A stretch of 64,000 nucleotides of DNA, from positions 17,681 through 81,680 of the forward strand of contig JAOULC010000002.1 of NCBI GenBank assembly GCA_029882215.1, given 5' to 3'. Of this stretch, positions 1-9,435 are shown one piece after another. The notes beneath the pieces were generated by a model. It worked only from the letters and a program-made list of their open reading frames with translations. It searched no databases and was not told the DNA's origin. This stretch comes from Gammaproteobacteria bacterium. GTDB lineage: Bacteria; Pseudomonadota; Gammaproteobacteria; SZUA-229. Made by a program: the position numbers and the translations under genes. The stretch's first letter is position 1. Every line of letters begins with the position of its first letter.

Positions 1-695
1 CAGGGGTGGTCGGTAGAGCCGCCGGTCAGGATTTAATTAATCTGACTTGCTGGAACCCGAGAGATTACACCCGGGACCGTCATCAAACGGTCGATGATCG
101 TTCCTATGGCGGTGGCCCAGGAATGGTGATGAAAGTCGAGCCATTAAGAGATACGGTTCGGGATATCAAACAGCAAACAGCGTTTAACACAAAAACTGCT
201 CGGGTTATTTACTTAAGCCCTCAGGGTAAACGACTGGATCAAAATGCTGTTAAAGAACTGGCGACGTGTTCGCAGTTGATTTTTATTGCAGGTCGGTACG
301 AAGGTATCGATGAGCGTTTCATCGAAACAGAAGTCGATGAAGAATGGTCGTTAGGTGACTATGTATTAAGTGGTGGAGAACTACCCGCTATGGTGATGAT
401 GGATGCCATAGCCCGTATGATTCCTGGTGTTCTGGGTGATAATGAATCAGCCGAACAAGATTCATTCATGAATCAGCTGTTGGATCACCCGCACTACACA
501 AGACCTGAATTGATCGATGATTTGAAGGTTCCGGCCGTCCTGACGGGTGGTGATCATCAAAAAATCGAACAGTGGCGACGACAACAGTGTTTAGGTCGGA
601 CGTGGTTGCGCAGACCGGACATGTTGAAAGAATTAGAGCTAAGTGATGCAGATCAGAAGTTACTTGATCAGTTTATTGCGGAGCATAATGGGTAA
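1..695 (+). CDS. trmD: tRNA (guanine37-N1)-methyltransferase TrmD, 5'-truncated by the window edge
   Basis: The translation has the TrmD SPOUT core (GGGPGMVM..., C-terminal dimerisation region) and sits directly upstream of rplS, the canonical rpsP-rimM-trmD-rplS order. The ORF runs off the left edge. Confidence 0.9.
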   Translation, partial: GVVGRAAGQDLINLTCWNPRDYTRDRHQTVDDRSYGGGPGMVMKVEPLRDTVRDIKQQTAFNTKTARVIYLSPQGKRLDQNAVKELATCSQLIFIAGRYEGIDERFIETEVDEEWSLGDYVLSGGELPAMVMMDAIARMIPGVLGDNESAEQDSFMNQLLDHPHYTRPELIDDLKVPAVLTGGDHQKIEQWRRQQCLGRTWLRRPDMLKELELSDADQKLLDQFIAEHNG

Positions 696-776
696 GTTGA
701 AAGACTGACCCGAAAAATTTATTTTTAAATTTAAATTTAACAGGCTGATGAGGCCGCGTTATTCGGAGTTAAGGCA

Positions 777-1124
777 ATGGCCAATATTATCGATCAACTC
801 GATGCTGAACAAATGACTAAAGAGATCCCTGCTTTTGCACCGGGTGACACAGTTGTCGTTAGTGTTCGTATCAAAGAAGGCGAGCGTGAACGTATTCAGG
901 CATTTGAAGGTGTTTGTATTTCAATTCGTAACCGTGGTTTGAATTCTGCATTTACAGTTCGCAAAATTTCACATGGCGAAGGCGTTGAACGTGTATTTCA
1001 AACTTACAGCCCTATCATTGCTGACATCGAAGTTAAGCGTCGCGGTAAAGTTCGTCAGGCTAAACTGTACTACCTGCGTGGACTGACTGGTAAGGCTGCA
1101 CGTATTAAAGAAAAACTGGGTTAA
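777..1124 (+). CDS. rplS: 50S ribosomal protein L19
   Basis: The 115 aa translation (MANIIDQLD...[26 protein letters not shown]...) is full-length bacterial L19. It follows trmD as expected. Confidence 0.95.
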   Translation: MANIIDQLDAEQMTKEIPAFAPGDTVVVSVRIKEGERERIQAFEGVCISIRNRGLNSAFTVRKISHGEGVERVFQTYSPIIADIEVKRRGKVRQAKLYYLRGLTGKAARIKEKLG

Positions 1125-1176
1125 GAAGGTTTTTCCGGATATCTTATCGGTATTTGCGATGAGTATCTTGTCAGTG

Positions 1177-3033
1177 ATGACAAAAACTTTAAAAAACGGG
1201 TGCCGGTTATCAAACCGCCATCCGTTTTTTTTGTTTCAAATTCTATTATCATTTTCAGTGATTCCTCTGTTCACTGCTCCCGTGGTCCATGCATCAGCAC
1301 CGGCAAATATAGCGGAATCACCGCTGGCGAAAGCCGATCCGTTTCAAAAACTTAAGTACGCAACACCTGAGCTATCTATCAGACTCATTGATGAATATCA
1401 GCCAAAGCCAGAGGCGTTAGGTGATGCCTGGTTTTTGTGGGAGCAAAAGCGTCTGCAGTTACTGGCAGAGCTGGGACAATGGCAAAGCGCACTCGAGCAG
1501 ATAGCAGGCTATGATGAGGCTGTATTAGTTAAACACAAAGCCTGGCTTTCACTGTTTAAAGCCCGCGCGTTATTAAAAGTCTCGCAACCATTCAAAGTAC
1601 GACATGACCTACGAGAGTTGCTGTGGTCCGCGGTTGAGTTAACACCGGAGCAGATTGCAACGACCAGAAGACTGCTGATTCGCAGTTATCTGGCTGAAGG
1701 TAAGGCCTATGATGCACAGCGTGCAATGCTGAGATACCAGCAAGATTATGGCGTTTCGGGAGTGCAGTGGCGTTTGTTACAGGCACGGGTTTTACTGGCA
1801 ACAAAACGCTACCCCGAGGCAATGCGTTTACTTGCGACTGAAAAGGCTGATAATTTACAGGCCTTTAAAATACTGACACGTCTGCGGGCGGGAGAGGTAA
1901 CGGCCAGCCGTGTCTATGAACTTGCCAGAAAAAAAACACGGCTGCGCAGCACAACTATTGATGCTGGAAATCGCCGGCAATACTGGATTCTGGCGTATAT
2001 TGCCTCGGCAATAAAAAATGACAAAAAAGCGGCAATAGAGGCGCTGGAGCAAGCTTTAGTGACCGGTGTGGCTGATGCGGAGTATGATTTAATTAATATA
2101 TCTGCAGAGCTTTTATGGCAAAAGTATTTAGAGTATGCAGCTGATTTAGGCAATCAATTGCAGTTGTTAATTGGTGATGACAAAGCCTGGTTTAATACTG
2201 CCTCGAACCGCTTTGAACATGATCCTGTGGCAGCGCGTGCAATTTTTGCCATGCTGGGATTGAACAGTGCGACTGAAACTCAGCGTAATGTTTCACTGGA
2301 ACAGCTAGTCCTGTTAATGAAAAAAACAAAAAAGCAGTCGTTACTAATTGAACGACTATTTACTGACCCGGTATATTTCAAATCGATTGATCGTGTGCCG
2401 GTGTTAGTCCGCTATCAGATGCTGGATAACGCATTGTCAATGGGTGATATTAAACAGGCCGCAGCGCTGTTCAAAGATTTGCCTGAACCGCCAGAAGGCA
2501 AAAAAAGACTGGCCTGGGATATGCGAAGAGCACGGGTACTTGTGTTTGGTGGTCAGTATCAGCAGGCAAAAGATGTTCTGGATAAAATCTTAAACAGTCA
2601 GTCTCTGGACGGGCCGTGGCTTAACCGTTTGATGCAGGTAGTCTTCGATTTGCAGAAAGTCGATCAGCATTTAATTGCCATTGAATTATTTGAACTGATT
2701 GAAATGAAAACAACAGAGAAAGTGCTGCACCGTGAGTTAAAGTTCTGGATGGCAGAGTCCTATCAGGCACTAAAAAAATATGAACGTTCAGCGCATTTAT
2801 ATCTTAGTTCAGCAAAAATGATTGCAGATAAATCTTCTGACCCATGGGCGCAGACAGCCTTATACCGGGCGGCCGAGGCAATGATGCAGGCGGGGATTAT
2901 TAACGATGCACGGAGTCTGTATCAGGAATTACTGAAAGTAACAGACAGTAAAAGTCGGCGGGCGAATATAGAGCAGAAGTTGCAACAGTTATGGCTTCTG
3001 GAAGGAAAACAGTCAAATAGTGAGCAATCCTGA
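1177..3033 (+). CDS. Hypothetical secreted protein, alpha-helical repeat (TPR-like), about 618 aa
   Basis: This is a long ORF. Its N-terminus resembles a signal peptide (K/R-rich n-region, hydrophobic ILLSFSVIPLFTAPVV, VHA-SA cleavage-like site). The remainder is leucine/alanine-rich helical-repeat sequence, and I recognise no catalytic motif. The start is uncertain: the ORF track begins at 1159 and Met7 is at 1177. Confidence 0.45.
   Translation: MTKTLKNGCRLSNRHPFFLFQILLSFSVIPLFTAPVVHASAPANIAESPLAKADPFQKLKYATPELSIRLIDEYQPKPEALGDAWFLWEQKRLQLLAELGQWQSALEQIAGYDEAVLVKHKAWLSLFKARALLKVSQPFKVRHDLRELLWSAVELTPEQIATTRRLLIRSYLAEGKAYDAQRAMLRYQQDYGVSGVQWRLLQARVLLATKRYPEAMRLLATEKADNLQAFKILTRLRAGEVTASRVYELARKKTRLRSTTIDAGNRRQYWILAYIASAIKNDKKAAIEALEQALVTGVADAEYDLINISAELLWQKYLEYAADLGNQLQLLIGDDKAWFNTASNRFEHDPVAARAIFAMLGLNSATETQRNVSLEQLVLLMKKTKKQSLLIERLFTDPVYFKSIDRVPVLVRYQMLDNALSMGDIKQAAALFKDLPEPPEGKKRLAWDMRRARVLVFGGQYQQAKDVLDKILNSQSLDGPWLNRLMQVVFDLQKVDQHLIAIELFELIEMKTTEKVLHRELKFWMAESYQALKKYERSAHLYLSSAKMIADKSSDPWAQTALYRAAEAMMQAGIINDARSLYQELLKVTDSKSRRANIEQKLQQLWLLEGKQSNSEQS
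1193..1233 (+). terminator. Rho-independent terminator of the trmD-rplS transcript
   Basis: A near-perfect 14-bp inverted repeat (AACGGgTGcCGGTT / AACCGcCAtCCGTT, 5-nt loop) is followed by T8. It lies about 70 nt after the rplS stop and inside the annotated 5' end of the next ORF. Confidence 0.55.
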
Positions 3034-3502
3034 TTTAAAATTTGATCTGGTTATCGCAACACCATATAGCCGGTTGGGTCTCACTTTTGAAGCTGACCTG
3101 TTATCAGGTGTTGAATATTTAATGCCTGATTCTCCTCTGATTATTTCAGCTCGGCCTGAAGTGATAAATGTTAGCCAGCAAATTTCCTGCTACTTTAATG
3201 ATGCAAGTTACCAGTTTGATGTCGCCATGCAGCTAAAAGGCACTGACTTTCAACATCGCGTCTGGAATGAAATGCGACAAATACCTGCCGGGCAGGTGAA
3301 AACATATGGTGAGATTGCCGGTATATTGCATTCGTCTCCGCGAGCCGTGGGTAATGCCTGCCGCGCGAACCCGATTCCTCTGCTGATACCCTGCCATCGC
3401 ATTGTTTCAGCAAATGGTCTGGGTGGCTTTTCAGGCGCAACATCCGGCTATTACACGGATATAAAACGAAAACTTTTACAGCACGAGGGGCTTGATTTCT
3501 GA
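3020..3502 (+). CDS. ogt: Methylated-DNA--protein-cysteine methyltransferase (Ogt/Ada C-domain family)
   Basis: The C-terminal half has the MGMT signature (HRVWNEMRQIPAGQVKTYGEIAG...NPIPLLIPCHRIV, with the PCHR active-site Cys). It overlaps the upstream ORF by 14 nt. The start may be the GTG at 3020 or the internal ATG at about 3122. Confidence 0.8.
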   Translation: MSNPDLKFDLVIATPYSRLGLTFEADLLSGVEYLMPDSPLIISARPEVINVSQQISCYFNDASYQFDVAMQLKGTDFQHRVWNEMRQIPAGQVKTYGEIAGILHSSPRAVGNACRANPIPLLIPCHRIVSANGLGGFSGATSGYYTDIKRKLLQHEGLDF

Positions 3503-3631
3503 GCGCTTACCCTCATATTAAGCCTCACATAGAAAAATCAGTCGTTTAAAAGAGTCTAAAATGGCTCACAGTTAGTACGCCCATTCCGTACAGCATTTTT
3601 CTAGACTAATACTATTTTGGAGATTTATTAC

Positions 3632-5539
3632 ATGAGCGTAGAAGCTAAAAAAGAAACAATGGAATTTCAGGCTGAAGTTCAGCAGCTGTTGAAATTAATG
3701 ATCCATTCAATGTATTCAAATAAAGAGATATTTGTCCGTGAGCTGGTATCAAATGCCTCAGACGCCTGCGATAAACTTCGCTTTGAAGCGCTGGCAAAAG
3801 ATGATCTGTACGAAGGAGATGGTGATCTTAAGATCCGTGTTGCCTTTGATAAAGATGCCAATACAGTGACGATATCAGATAACGGTATCGGTATGGATCG
3901 TGATGAATTAATTGCTAATATCGGTACGATTGCCAATTCAGGTACCAAGAAGTTTATGGAGGCGTTAAGTACTGAACAAGTTAAAGACGCAGAAATGATT
4001 GGTCAGTTTGGCGTTGGTTTTTATTCAAGCTTTATTGTTGCTGACAAAATTACTGTCGAAACTCGTCGTGCAGGTGCTGCTAAAAATGAAGGTTATCGCT
4101 GGGAATCTGATGGCGAAGGTTCTTACTCTATAGAGACCATCGAAAAAGAAGGTCGTGGTACAGATATTATTTTACACCTGCGTGAAGAAGATAAAGAATT
4201 TGCCGATGGCTATCGTCTGCGTGCAGTTATCCGCAAGTACTCTGATCATATTTCACTGCCAATTGTCATGCAAAAAGATGCTGAGCCGGTTGCAGATGAT
4301 GCAGACGAAAAAGTAATCAGTGAGCCGGAAGATGAAACAGTCAACAGTGCATCTGCTTTGTGGACACGGGCTAAGTCTGAAATTACAGAAGATGAGTATA
4401 AAGAATTTTACAAGCACATTTCGCATGACTTTGAAGAGCCTTTGAAATGGATTCATAACCGGGTCGAAGGTACACAAGACTATACATCGCTTCTTTATAT
4501 CCCAAAGAAGGCACCGTTTGATTTATGGGATCGCGAACAGCGTAAAGGCATTAAGCTATATGTGAAACGTGTGTTTATTATGGACGACTCTGAACATCTG
4601 ATGCCAAACTATCTGCGCTTTGTCCGTGGTGTGATTGACTCTGATGACCTGCCGTTAAACGTCTCCCGTGAAATTCTTCAGCAAAATAAAGTTATTGATA
4701 CGATTCGCGGCGCATCGGTTAAGAAAGTACTGGGTATGCTGGAAAAAATGTCGAAAAATGAAGCGGAAGAATATGCCGGCTTCTGGGCAACATTTGGACA
4801 GGTGCTAAAGGAAGGTGTTATTGAAGACTTTATGAATAAAGATAAAGTTGCAGCCTTACTGCGTTTTAGCTCAACAGAAACAGGCTCGCCAGAGCAGACT
4901 GTTTCACTGGCGGATTATATCGGTCGCATGAAGGAAGGTCAGGAAAAGATTTATTATATTGTTGCCGAAAGTCATGCTGCAGCAAAAAATAGCCCGCATC
5001 TTGAACTCCTTAAAAGCAAGGGAATGGAAGTTCTGTTGTTGTCAGACCGGGTTGATGAATGGCTGGTTGCTCACCTGACAGAATTTGATGGCAAGCAGCT
5101 GGTTTCAGTGACACGCGGCGATCTTGATCTGGGTGAAACGGATAGCAAAGAAAAGAAAGAAGCGCTGGAAAAAGCTCAGGGCGACTTTAAAGACGTCATC
5201 GAGAAAATGAAAGGAATACTGGCTGATGATGTTAAAGATGTACGCATGAGTTCACGCCTGACAGATTCACCATCCTGTTTGATTGTGGATGACCAGGATA
5301 TGACAGCGCAAATGCAGCAGATTCTGAAAGCGGCCGGTCAGAATGTTCCCGTTAGTAAACCAATACTTGAACTTAATCCTGAGCATGCACTTATAACTCA
5401 GTTAAAGAACAAGTTGGAATCAGACGATTTTTCAGAGTGGACGAATGTTCTGTTTGATCAGGCTGCATTAACCGGTGGTGCTGCAATCAGAGATACGGCG
5501 GAGTTCGTTAAGCGCGTAAATAAATTGCTGGTAAACTAA
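3632..5539 (+). CDS. htpG: Molecular chaperone HtpG (Hsp90)
   Basis: Hsp90 N-terminal ATPase motifs are present ([35 protein letters not shown]) over a roughly 635 aa length. The start is placed at the ATG at 3632, which is preceded by GGAG; the ORF track begins at 3617. Confidence 0.95.
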   Translation: MSVEAKKETMEFQAEVQQLLKLMIHSMYSNKEIFVRELVSNASDACDKLRFEALAKDDLYEGDGDLKIRVAFDKDANTVTISDNGIGMDRDELIANIGTIANSGTKKFMEALSTEQVKDAEMIGQFGVGFYSSFIVADKITVETRRAGAAKNEGYRWESDGEGSYSIETIEKEGRGTDIILHLREEDKEFADGYRLRAVIRKYSDHISLPIVMQKDAEPVADDADEKVISEPEDETVNSASALWTRAKSEITEDEYKEFYKHISHDFEEPLKWIHNRVEGTQDYTSLLYIPKKAPFDLWDREQRKGIKLYVKRVFIMDDSEHLMPNYLRFVRGVIDSDDLPLNVSREILQQNKVIDTIRGASVKKVLGMLEKMSKNEAEEYAGFWATFGQVLKEGVIEDFMNKDKVAALLRFSSTETGSPEQTVSLADYIGRMKEGQEKIYYIVAESHAAAKNSPHLELLKSKGMEVLLLSDRVDEWLVAHLTEFDGKQLVSVTRGDLDLGETDSKEKKEALEKAQGDFKDVIEKMKGILADDVKDVRMSSRLTDSPSCLIVDDQDMTAQMQQILKAAGQNVPVSKPILELNPEHALITQLKNKLESDDFSEWTNVLFDQAALTGGAAIRDTAEFVKRVNKLLVN

Positions 5540-5604
5540 TATTGCTTAGCTTGTTACCTCAATAGTTTTGAGGGCTTGAGGCTAATACAGCGGTTTTAAG
5601 TGCA

Positions 5605-5634
5605 GTAAAAGGCAGTCGTAAGGCTGCCTTTTAC
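5605..5634. terminator. Bidirectional rho-independent terminator between convergent htpG and the PstS/OmpA gene
   Basis: A perfect 11-bp stem (GTAAAAGGCAG...CTGCCTTTTAC, 8-nt loop) with U-rich flanks on both strands sits between the two convergent stop codons. Confidence 0.5.
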
Positions 5635-5687
5635 TTATGGTATAGTATAAAGATGTCTGGGCCGGATTAGTCAGTGTCATGACTCAA

Positions 5688-7025
5688 TTACTTAATCCAG
5701 ATTTCAACTCTTCTGTTCTTGTCTAGGCGTGTATTATCAGCAACCTGATTAACACTGCCAAATCCTCTGATCCTGTTGATAGTGATACCTTGTTTTTTTA
5801 ACAGCAGTTCAACATAGTCTGCCCTTGATTCGGAGAGGCTGATATTATGCATTTTGAAATCAGTGTCTTCAGAAAAACCGAAAAGCATAATGCTTTTAGG
5901 CTGTGGGTTCAGGCTTTTTATAAACTCCGCAATACGTATCAGGCTTCTTTTGGCCTTATTGTCCGGTGTTAGTGAGCCTTTGATGAAATGGATGTTAACT
6001 GACAGGCGTTTCGCGTCGCTGGTGAGTCCCCTGTATTCTTCAGGATAAAATTCAGGTATATCCAGAGCCTCTGTATAAATATTCTGAGAAATAAATCCTT
6101 CTTGGTTAACGTTGTTTTGTCCGTCCTCACTGCTGACGTAATCTAAGAAAGCGATGATATCTGCATTGGTTTCATGCTCGGAGACATACAAATAAAGGCG
6201 TCTTGCTAAAATATAATCCTCGGTCGCAACAGTCAGGTTGTTAGGCAATCGAGCAGAACCTTCACCTTCAGAAACGGCCAGTGCTTTTGATTTCCTGATA
6301 TTTGGTAAACTGACAAAACCAATGGCGGCCGGATCAGAAGCGATCTGATCAGATAAATCGGCATTAGATTCATAACGTTTTGCAGTGGCTGTTAGGTTTC
6401 TTCCCTTAACAAGAATCAGTTTTTTAAATGTGTCATAAGTGCCGGAGTTATCATCTCTTGAATAGACACGGATAGTTTTATCTTTTAAATCAGTTGTTTG
6501 ATAAACAGGGTCGACTTCTCCCCATGTTGTGATTTTTCCGGAGAAAATATCAGTCAGTGTTTTACGCGAGACGCTGGCTAACGGGTTGCTTTTATGTATG
6601 ATAACGGCAATACCATCCAGTCCGATGATGATTTCAGATTGATAGCTTTTTAAGTTTCCCAAATGTGACAGCAATGCAATTTCTTTGTCTTTAATAGGTC
6701 TCGATGACATACAAATCTGACTGCTTCCATTTTCAAGTGCAACAAAACCGGTGCTTGATCCGTGAGCTTTTATTTCAATGTCCAGTGGTAGCTTGGTTTT
6801 TTTGTGGTAGCCTCTGACTACCATTTCTTCAGCTGATCGGCCCTTTATAAACTGGATGTTGTTTACCTGATAGTTTTTGGATAGATAAGACTTTGCAAGC
6901 TGAGGTGCAAGTTTGCTGCCGATGGTATTGGACCCCTGTATTGAGAAAAGGATCTGAGCTTGAGTGTTACTATAGGCCAGTGTGATAGTGATAAGCAGTG
7001 TTAGTATTGTATATAGTCGTTTCAT
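5688..7025 (-). CDS. Fusion protein: PstS-like phosphate-binding periplasmic domain plus C-terminal OmpA-like peptidoglycan-binding domain, with signal peptide
   Basis: The N-terminus is a signal peptide (MKRLYTILTLLITITLAYS). Next come type-2 periplasmic-binding-protein motifs as in PstS (GSSTGFVALENG..., SRDDNSGTYDTF). The C-terminus ends in an OmpA-family motif (...SESRADYVELLLKKQGI...NRRVEIWIK). Confidence 0.7.
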   Translation of the reverse strand: MKRLYTILTLLITITLAYSNTQAQILFSIQGSNTIGSKLAPQLAKSYLSKNYQVNNIQFIKGRSAEEMVVRGYHKKTKLPLDIEIKAHGSSTGFVALENGSSQICMSSRPIKDKEIALLSHLGNLKSYQSEIIIGLDGIAVIIHKSNPLASVSRKTLTDIFSGKITTWGEVDPVYQTTDLKDKTIRVYSRDDNSGTYDTFKKLILVKGRNLTATAKRYESNADLSDQIASDPAAIGFVSLPNIRKSKALAVSEGEGSARLPNNLTVATEDYILARRLYLYVSEHETNADIIAFLDYVSSEDGQNNVNQEGFISQNIYTEALDIPEFYPEEYRGLTSDAKRLSVNIHFIKGSLTPDNKAKRSLIRIAEFIKSLNPQPKSIMLFGFSEDTDFKMHNISLSESRADYVELLLKKQGITINRIRGFGSVNQVADNTRLDKNRRVEIWIK

Positions 7026-7038
7026 AATGTATTTATAT

Positions 7039-7056
7039 CTGTCATATTAATGTCAT
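7039..7056 (+). promoter_or_regulatory. Pho-box-like PhoB binding site (CTGTCATATTAATGTCAT) oriented toward the + strand gene at 7246
   Basis: This matches the E. coli Pho-box consensus CTGTCATA(A/T)A(T/A)CTGTCA(C/T) at 17 of 18 positions. It is followed by TATTCT/TATGCAT -10-like sequence, as in E. coli pstS. Confidence 0.45.
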
Positions 7057-7074
7057 ATATTCTACGGTATGCAT

Positions 7075-7092
7075 ATTTCATATTTATGACAG
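7075..7092 (-). promoter_or_regulatory. Second Pho-box-like site on the minus strand (CTGTCATAAATATGAAAT) oriented toward the PstS/OmpA gene
   Basis: The first 7-bp repeat is perfect and the second is degenerate. A TAGAAT -10 candidate lies 10 nt downstream on the minus strand. The site is about 50-70 bp upstream of the start codon at 7025. Confidence 0.4.
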
Positions 7093-7245
7093 AGCACAAA
7101 CCTTATGCTACAGCGGGCTGTCCTTTTATTGTTCACGGAAATATGATGAATGTTTAATTTGAGAATGGCGTATTGTAATTAACAGCTGATTGGTTAGACT
7201 GGGCGTATACAATACACGGACGTTTTTAATATTCGGGGAAGTCAT

Positions 7246-8241
7246 TTGTTCACACTGTTTAATTTTTCTATGCGCCATATTATGGTGTTTCTAGTAGTGT
7301 TAATCGTACTAAATATCTGCTCACTGCCAGTTCTGGCTGATAACACGGTGACGGTTAAACCGGGTCAGTCAATTATGAAAATCATGCGACAGGTTTATCC
7401 GGATCAGCGCTCTCGCTGGCCTGCTCTGATGCGAGAGCTTGTGCAGAAAAACCCGGCGGCATTTGAAAATGGAGACCCTCGAAGCTTAAAAGGCGGAGCT
7501 GTTCTTGTTCTGCCTGAGCAATCCGTATCAAAAGTTATACAAGAGAAACGCATCCGTGCAGCCAGTGTAAAAGATATTAGCGGTTCGGTGTCATTGTTTA
7601 ATAATATGAAAGCAGTGCAGGTGATCCGTCAGGGTAGTCAGATTCATGTGGGTGATCAGCTGTCAGCATCCGGTACGGGTACGGTGACTTTGAGCTTTAT
7701 AGACGGGGCTGTTATTAAGCTGCGTTGTAATAGTGTGCTGACTATTGATCAGTACAAAATGAGAACAAGAGGAAGCGTGAGTGAACTGTCTATCTCAAAA
7801 GGCAGTTTACATATTGAGACAGGCAGAATTGGCAAAAGAGACGGTGATACATTAATTTTAAAAACGCCATTAGCAAGTATAAGAGCAAAACAGGCCGAGT
7901 ACGGTGTTCGTGTGCATCAGGCGCGAGCATGTGCCGAGCAGGCCGATGTGGAAACTGACGGGCTTTATGTGACTGCACTCAGCGGTAAAGTGATTGCTGA
8001 AAATACTGGCGGTAAACTGTCACTGTCCTCGGGTGATGCGGCGCTGGTTGCGCAAAAAGATGTCGCCCCTGTTGTCACGCAAACATACGCGGGTATGATT
8101 TTCGGAGCCAAACTAGCAGATGAGGCGGTTAAACAAAAGCCTTTGGTCTTAACTAAAGATGACTCAACTACACAGGAAGATGATGGTGTGCCGGTCTGGT
8201 GGATGGTCGCAGCTGCAGTTATTTTAGGTATAACCTTTTAA
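7246..8241 (+). CDS. Hypothetical membrane-anchored protein with an N-terminal FimV/LysM-like motif and a FecR-like domain
   Basis: A signal/TM segment is followed by a LysM-like motif (VKPGQSIMKIMRQVYP) and a FecR-type beta region (VGDQLSASGTGTVTLSFIDGAVIKL). A C-terminal TM helix (VWWMVAAAVILGITF) ends the protein. The start is a TTG preceded by GGGGAAG. Confidence 0.45.
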   Translation: MFTLFNFSMRHIMVFLVVLIVLNICSLPVLADNTVTVKPGQSIMKIMRQVYPDQRSRWPALMRELVQKNPAAFENGDPRSLKGGAVLVLPEQSVSKVIQEKRIRAASVKDISGSVSLFNNMKAVQVIRQGSQIHVGDQLSASGTGTVTLSFIDGAVIKLRCNSVLTIDQYKMRTRGSVSELSISKGSLHIETGRIGKRDGDTLILKTPLASIRAKQAEYGVRVHQARACAEQADVETDGLYVTALSGKVIAENTGGKLSLSSGDAALVAQKDVAPVVTQTYAGMIFGAKLADEAVKQKPLVLTKDDSTTQEDDGVPVWWMVAAAVILGITF

Positions 8242-8404
8242 GCTGCTTGAAAGCAATTTAAAAAAGACCAGCGTTGTTCAGTTTTCTGCCGGAAATATTT
8301 CTCATATACAGCTCTAAAGACAGCTTCATCAGATAATCGCTATTGAGCTTGGATAAAGAACAGGGCATATTGTGCCATCCACTTTTGTAAGCAATACTAC
8401 CTGT

Positions 8405-8800
8405 ATGACTGAATTACACAAACTTAGAATTGATAAATGGTTGTGGGCTGCACGCTTTTTTAAAACCCGCTCGTTGGCTTCCGACGCCGTAAATGGCGGC
8501 AAGGTCCATTTGAATGGCGATCGTGTTAAAGCCGCCAAAAACGTTACCATCGGTGATGTTCTACGTATAAGGCGTGGGGAGGAAGTCTGGACTATAACTG
8601 TGCTTTCTTTATTTGAAAAAAGACGTCAGGCATCAATAGCACAAACCATGTATGAAGAATTGCCGGAAAGTCTCCAACTACGTGAAGAAGTCATGGCAGA
8701 GAGAAAAGCGTTGTCATCAAGCCGGATAGTCAGTCACCGGCCTTCAAAAAGAGAGCGCCGGCATATTATCAAGTTTAAAAATATTCATCAGGGAGAGTAG
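8405..8800 (+). CDS. hslR: Ribosome-associated heat shock protein Hsp15 (S4-domain RNA-binding)
   Basis: The S4 domain core is present (LRIDKWLWAARFFKTRSLASDAVNGGKVHLNGDRVKAAK). The start is taken at the internal Met; the ORF track begins at 8372. Confidence 0.8.
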   Translation: MTELHKLRIDKWLWAARFFKTRSLASDAVNGGKVHLNGDRVKAAKNVTIGDVLRIRRGEEVWTITVLSLFEKRRQASIAQTMYEELPESLQLREEVMAERKALSSSRIVSHRPSKRERRHIIKFKNIHQGE

Positions 8801-8801
8801 T

Positions 8802-9239
8802 TTGCCAGTTCCTGTTACGCCATTACTGACCGCCGATATCATAATTGAGCTGAGCCATAATGATAAAACGCAAATAGTTCTGATAGAAAGACTCAATCCG
8901 CCGTTTGGCTGGGCAATCCCCGGTGGCTTTGTGGACAGGGGTGAGTCAGTTGAATCGGCAGCGATCAGAGAAGCGAAAGAGGAGACAGGTCTTGATGTGA
9001 CGCTGCAGTGTTTATTGGGTTGTTATTCTCATCCGCAGCGTGATCCGCGATTCCATACGGCAAGTCTTGTGTATATCTCAAGCGCCGATGGAATACCGGT
9101 TGCCGGCGACGACGCAAAAACCGCGGCATTATTTGATATAGACTCGCTTGATCTATCACTTGCTTTTGATCACCGGCAAATTCTGGATGATTATCTGGCT
9201 TATAAAAATTCAGGTAAAGTGAAGGAATTGCACCGATAA
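8802..9239 (+). CDS. NUDIX hydrolase
   Basis: The Nudix box is present (GGFVDRGESVESAAIREAKEETGL). The start codon is uncertain. Confidence 0.75.
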   Translation: MPVPVTPLLTADIIIELSHNDKTQIVLIERLNPPFGWAIPGGFVDRGESVESAAIREAKEETGLDVTLQCLLGCYSHPQRDPRFHTASLVYISSADGIPVAGDDAKTAALFDIDSLDLSLAFDHRQILDDYLAYKNSGKVKELHR

Positions 9240-9245
9240 AGTGCA
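9229..9245 (+). promoter_or_regulatory. Candidate NtrC-type enhancer site TGCACC-N5-AGTGCA upstream of amt
   Basis: It matches the NtrC consensus TGCACC-N5-GGTGCA at 11 of 12 positions and lies about 190 bp upstream of the amt start. I could not find a convincing sigma-54 -24/-12 element. Confidence 0.25.
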
Positions 9246-9435
9246 TGAATGAATCATTTTGTTGATCAGCAACAAAACTGCGCACTCAGATAATGCGGTT
9301 TCTAATTTCAAGTGATAAGATACGCCGACTTAAATTTTTAATCTTTATTAATCAATTCCTTATAAGAATTCATGCGGTATACAAACTGAATTTTTGATTA
9401 TGAAGTTTTAATAACCTTATTCACAGGGGGAGGTT

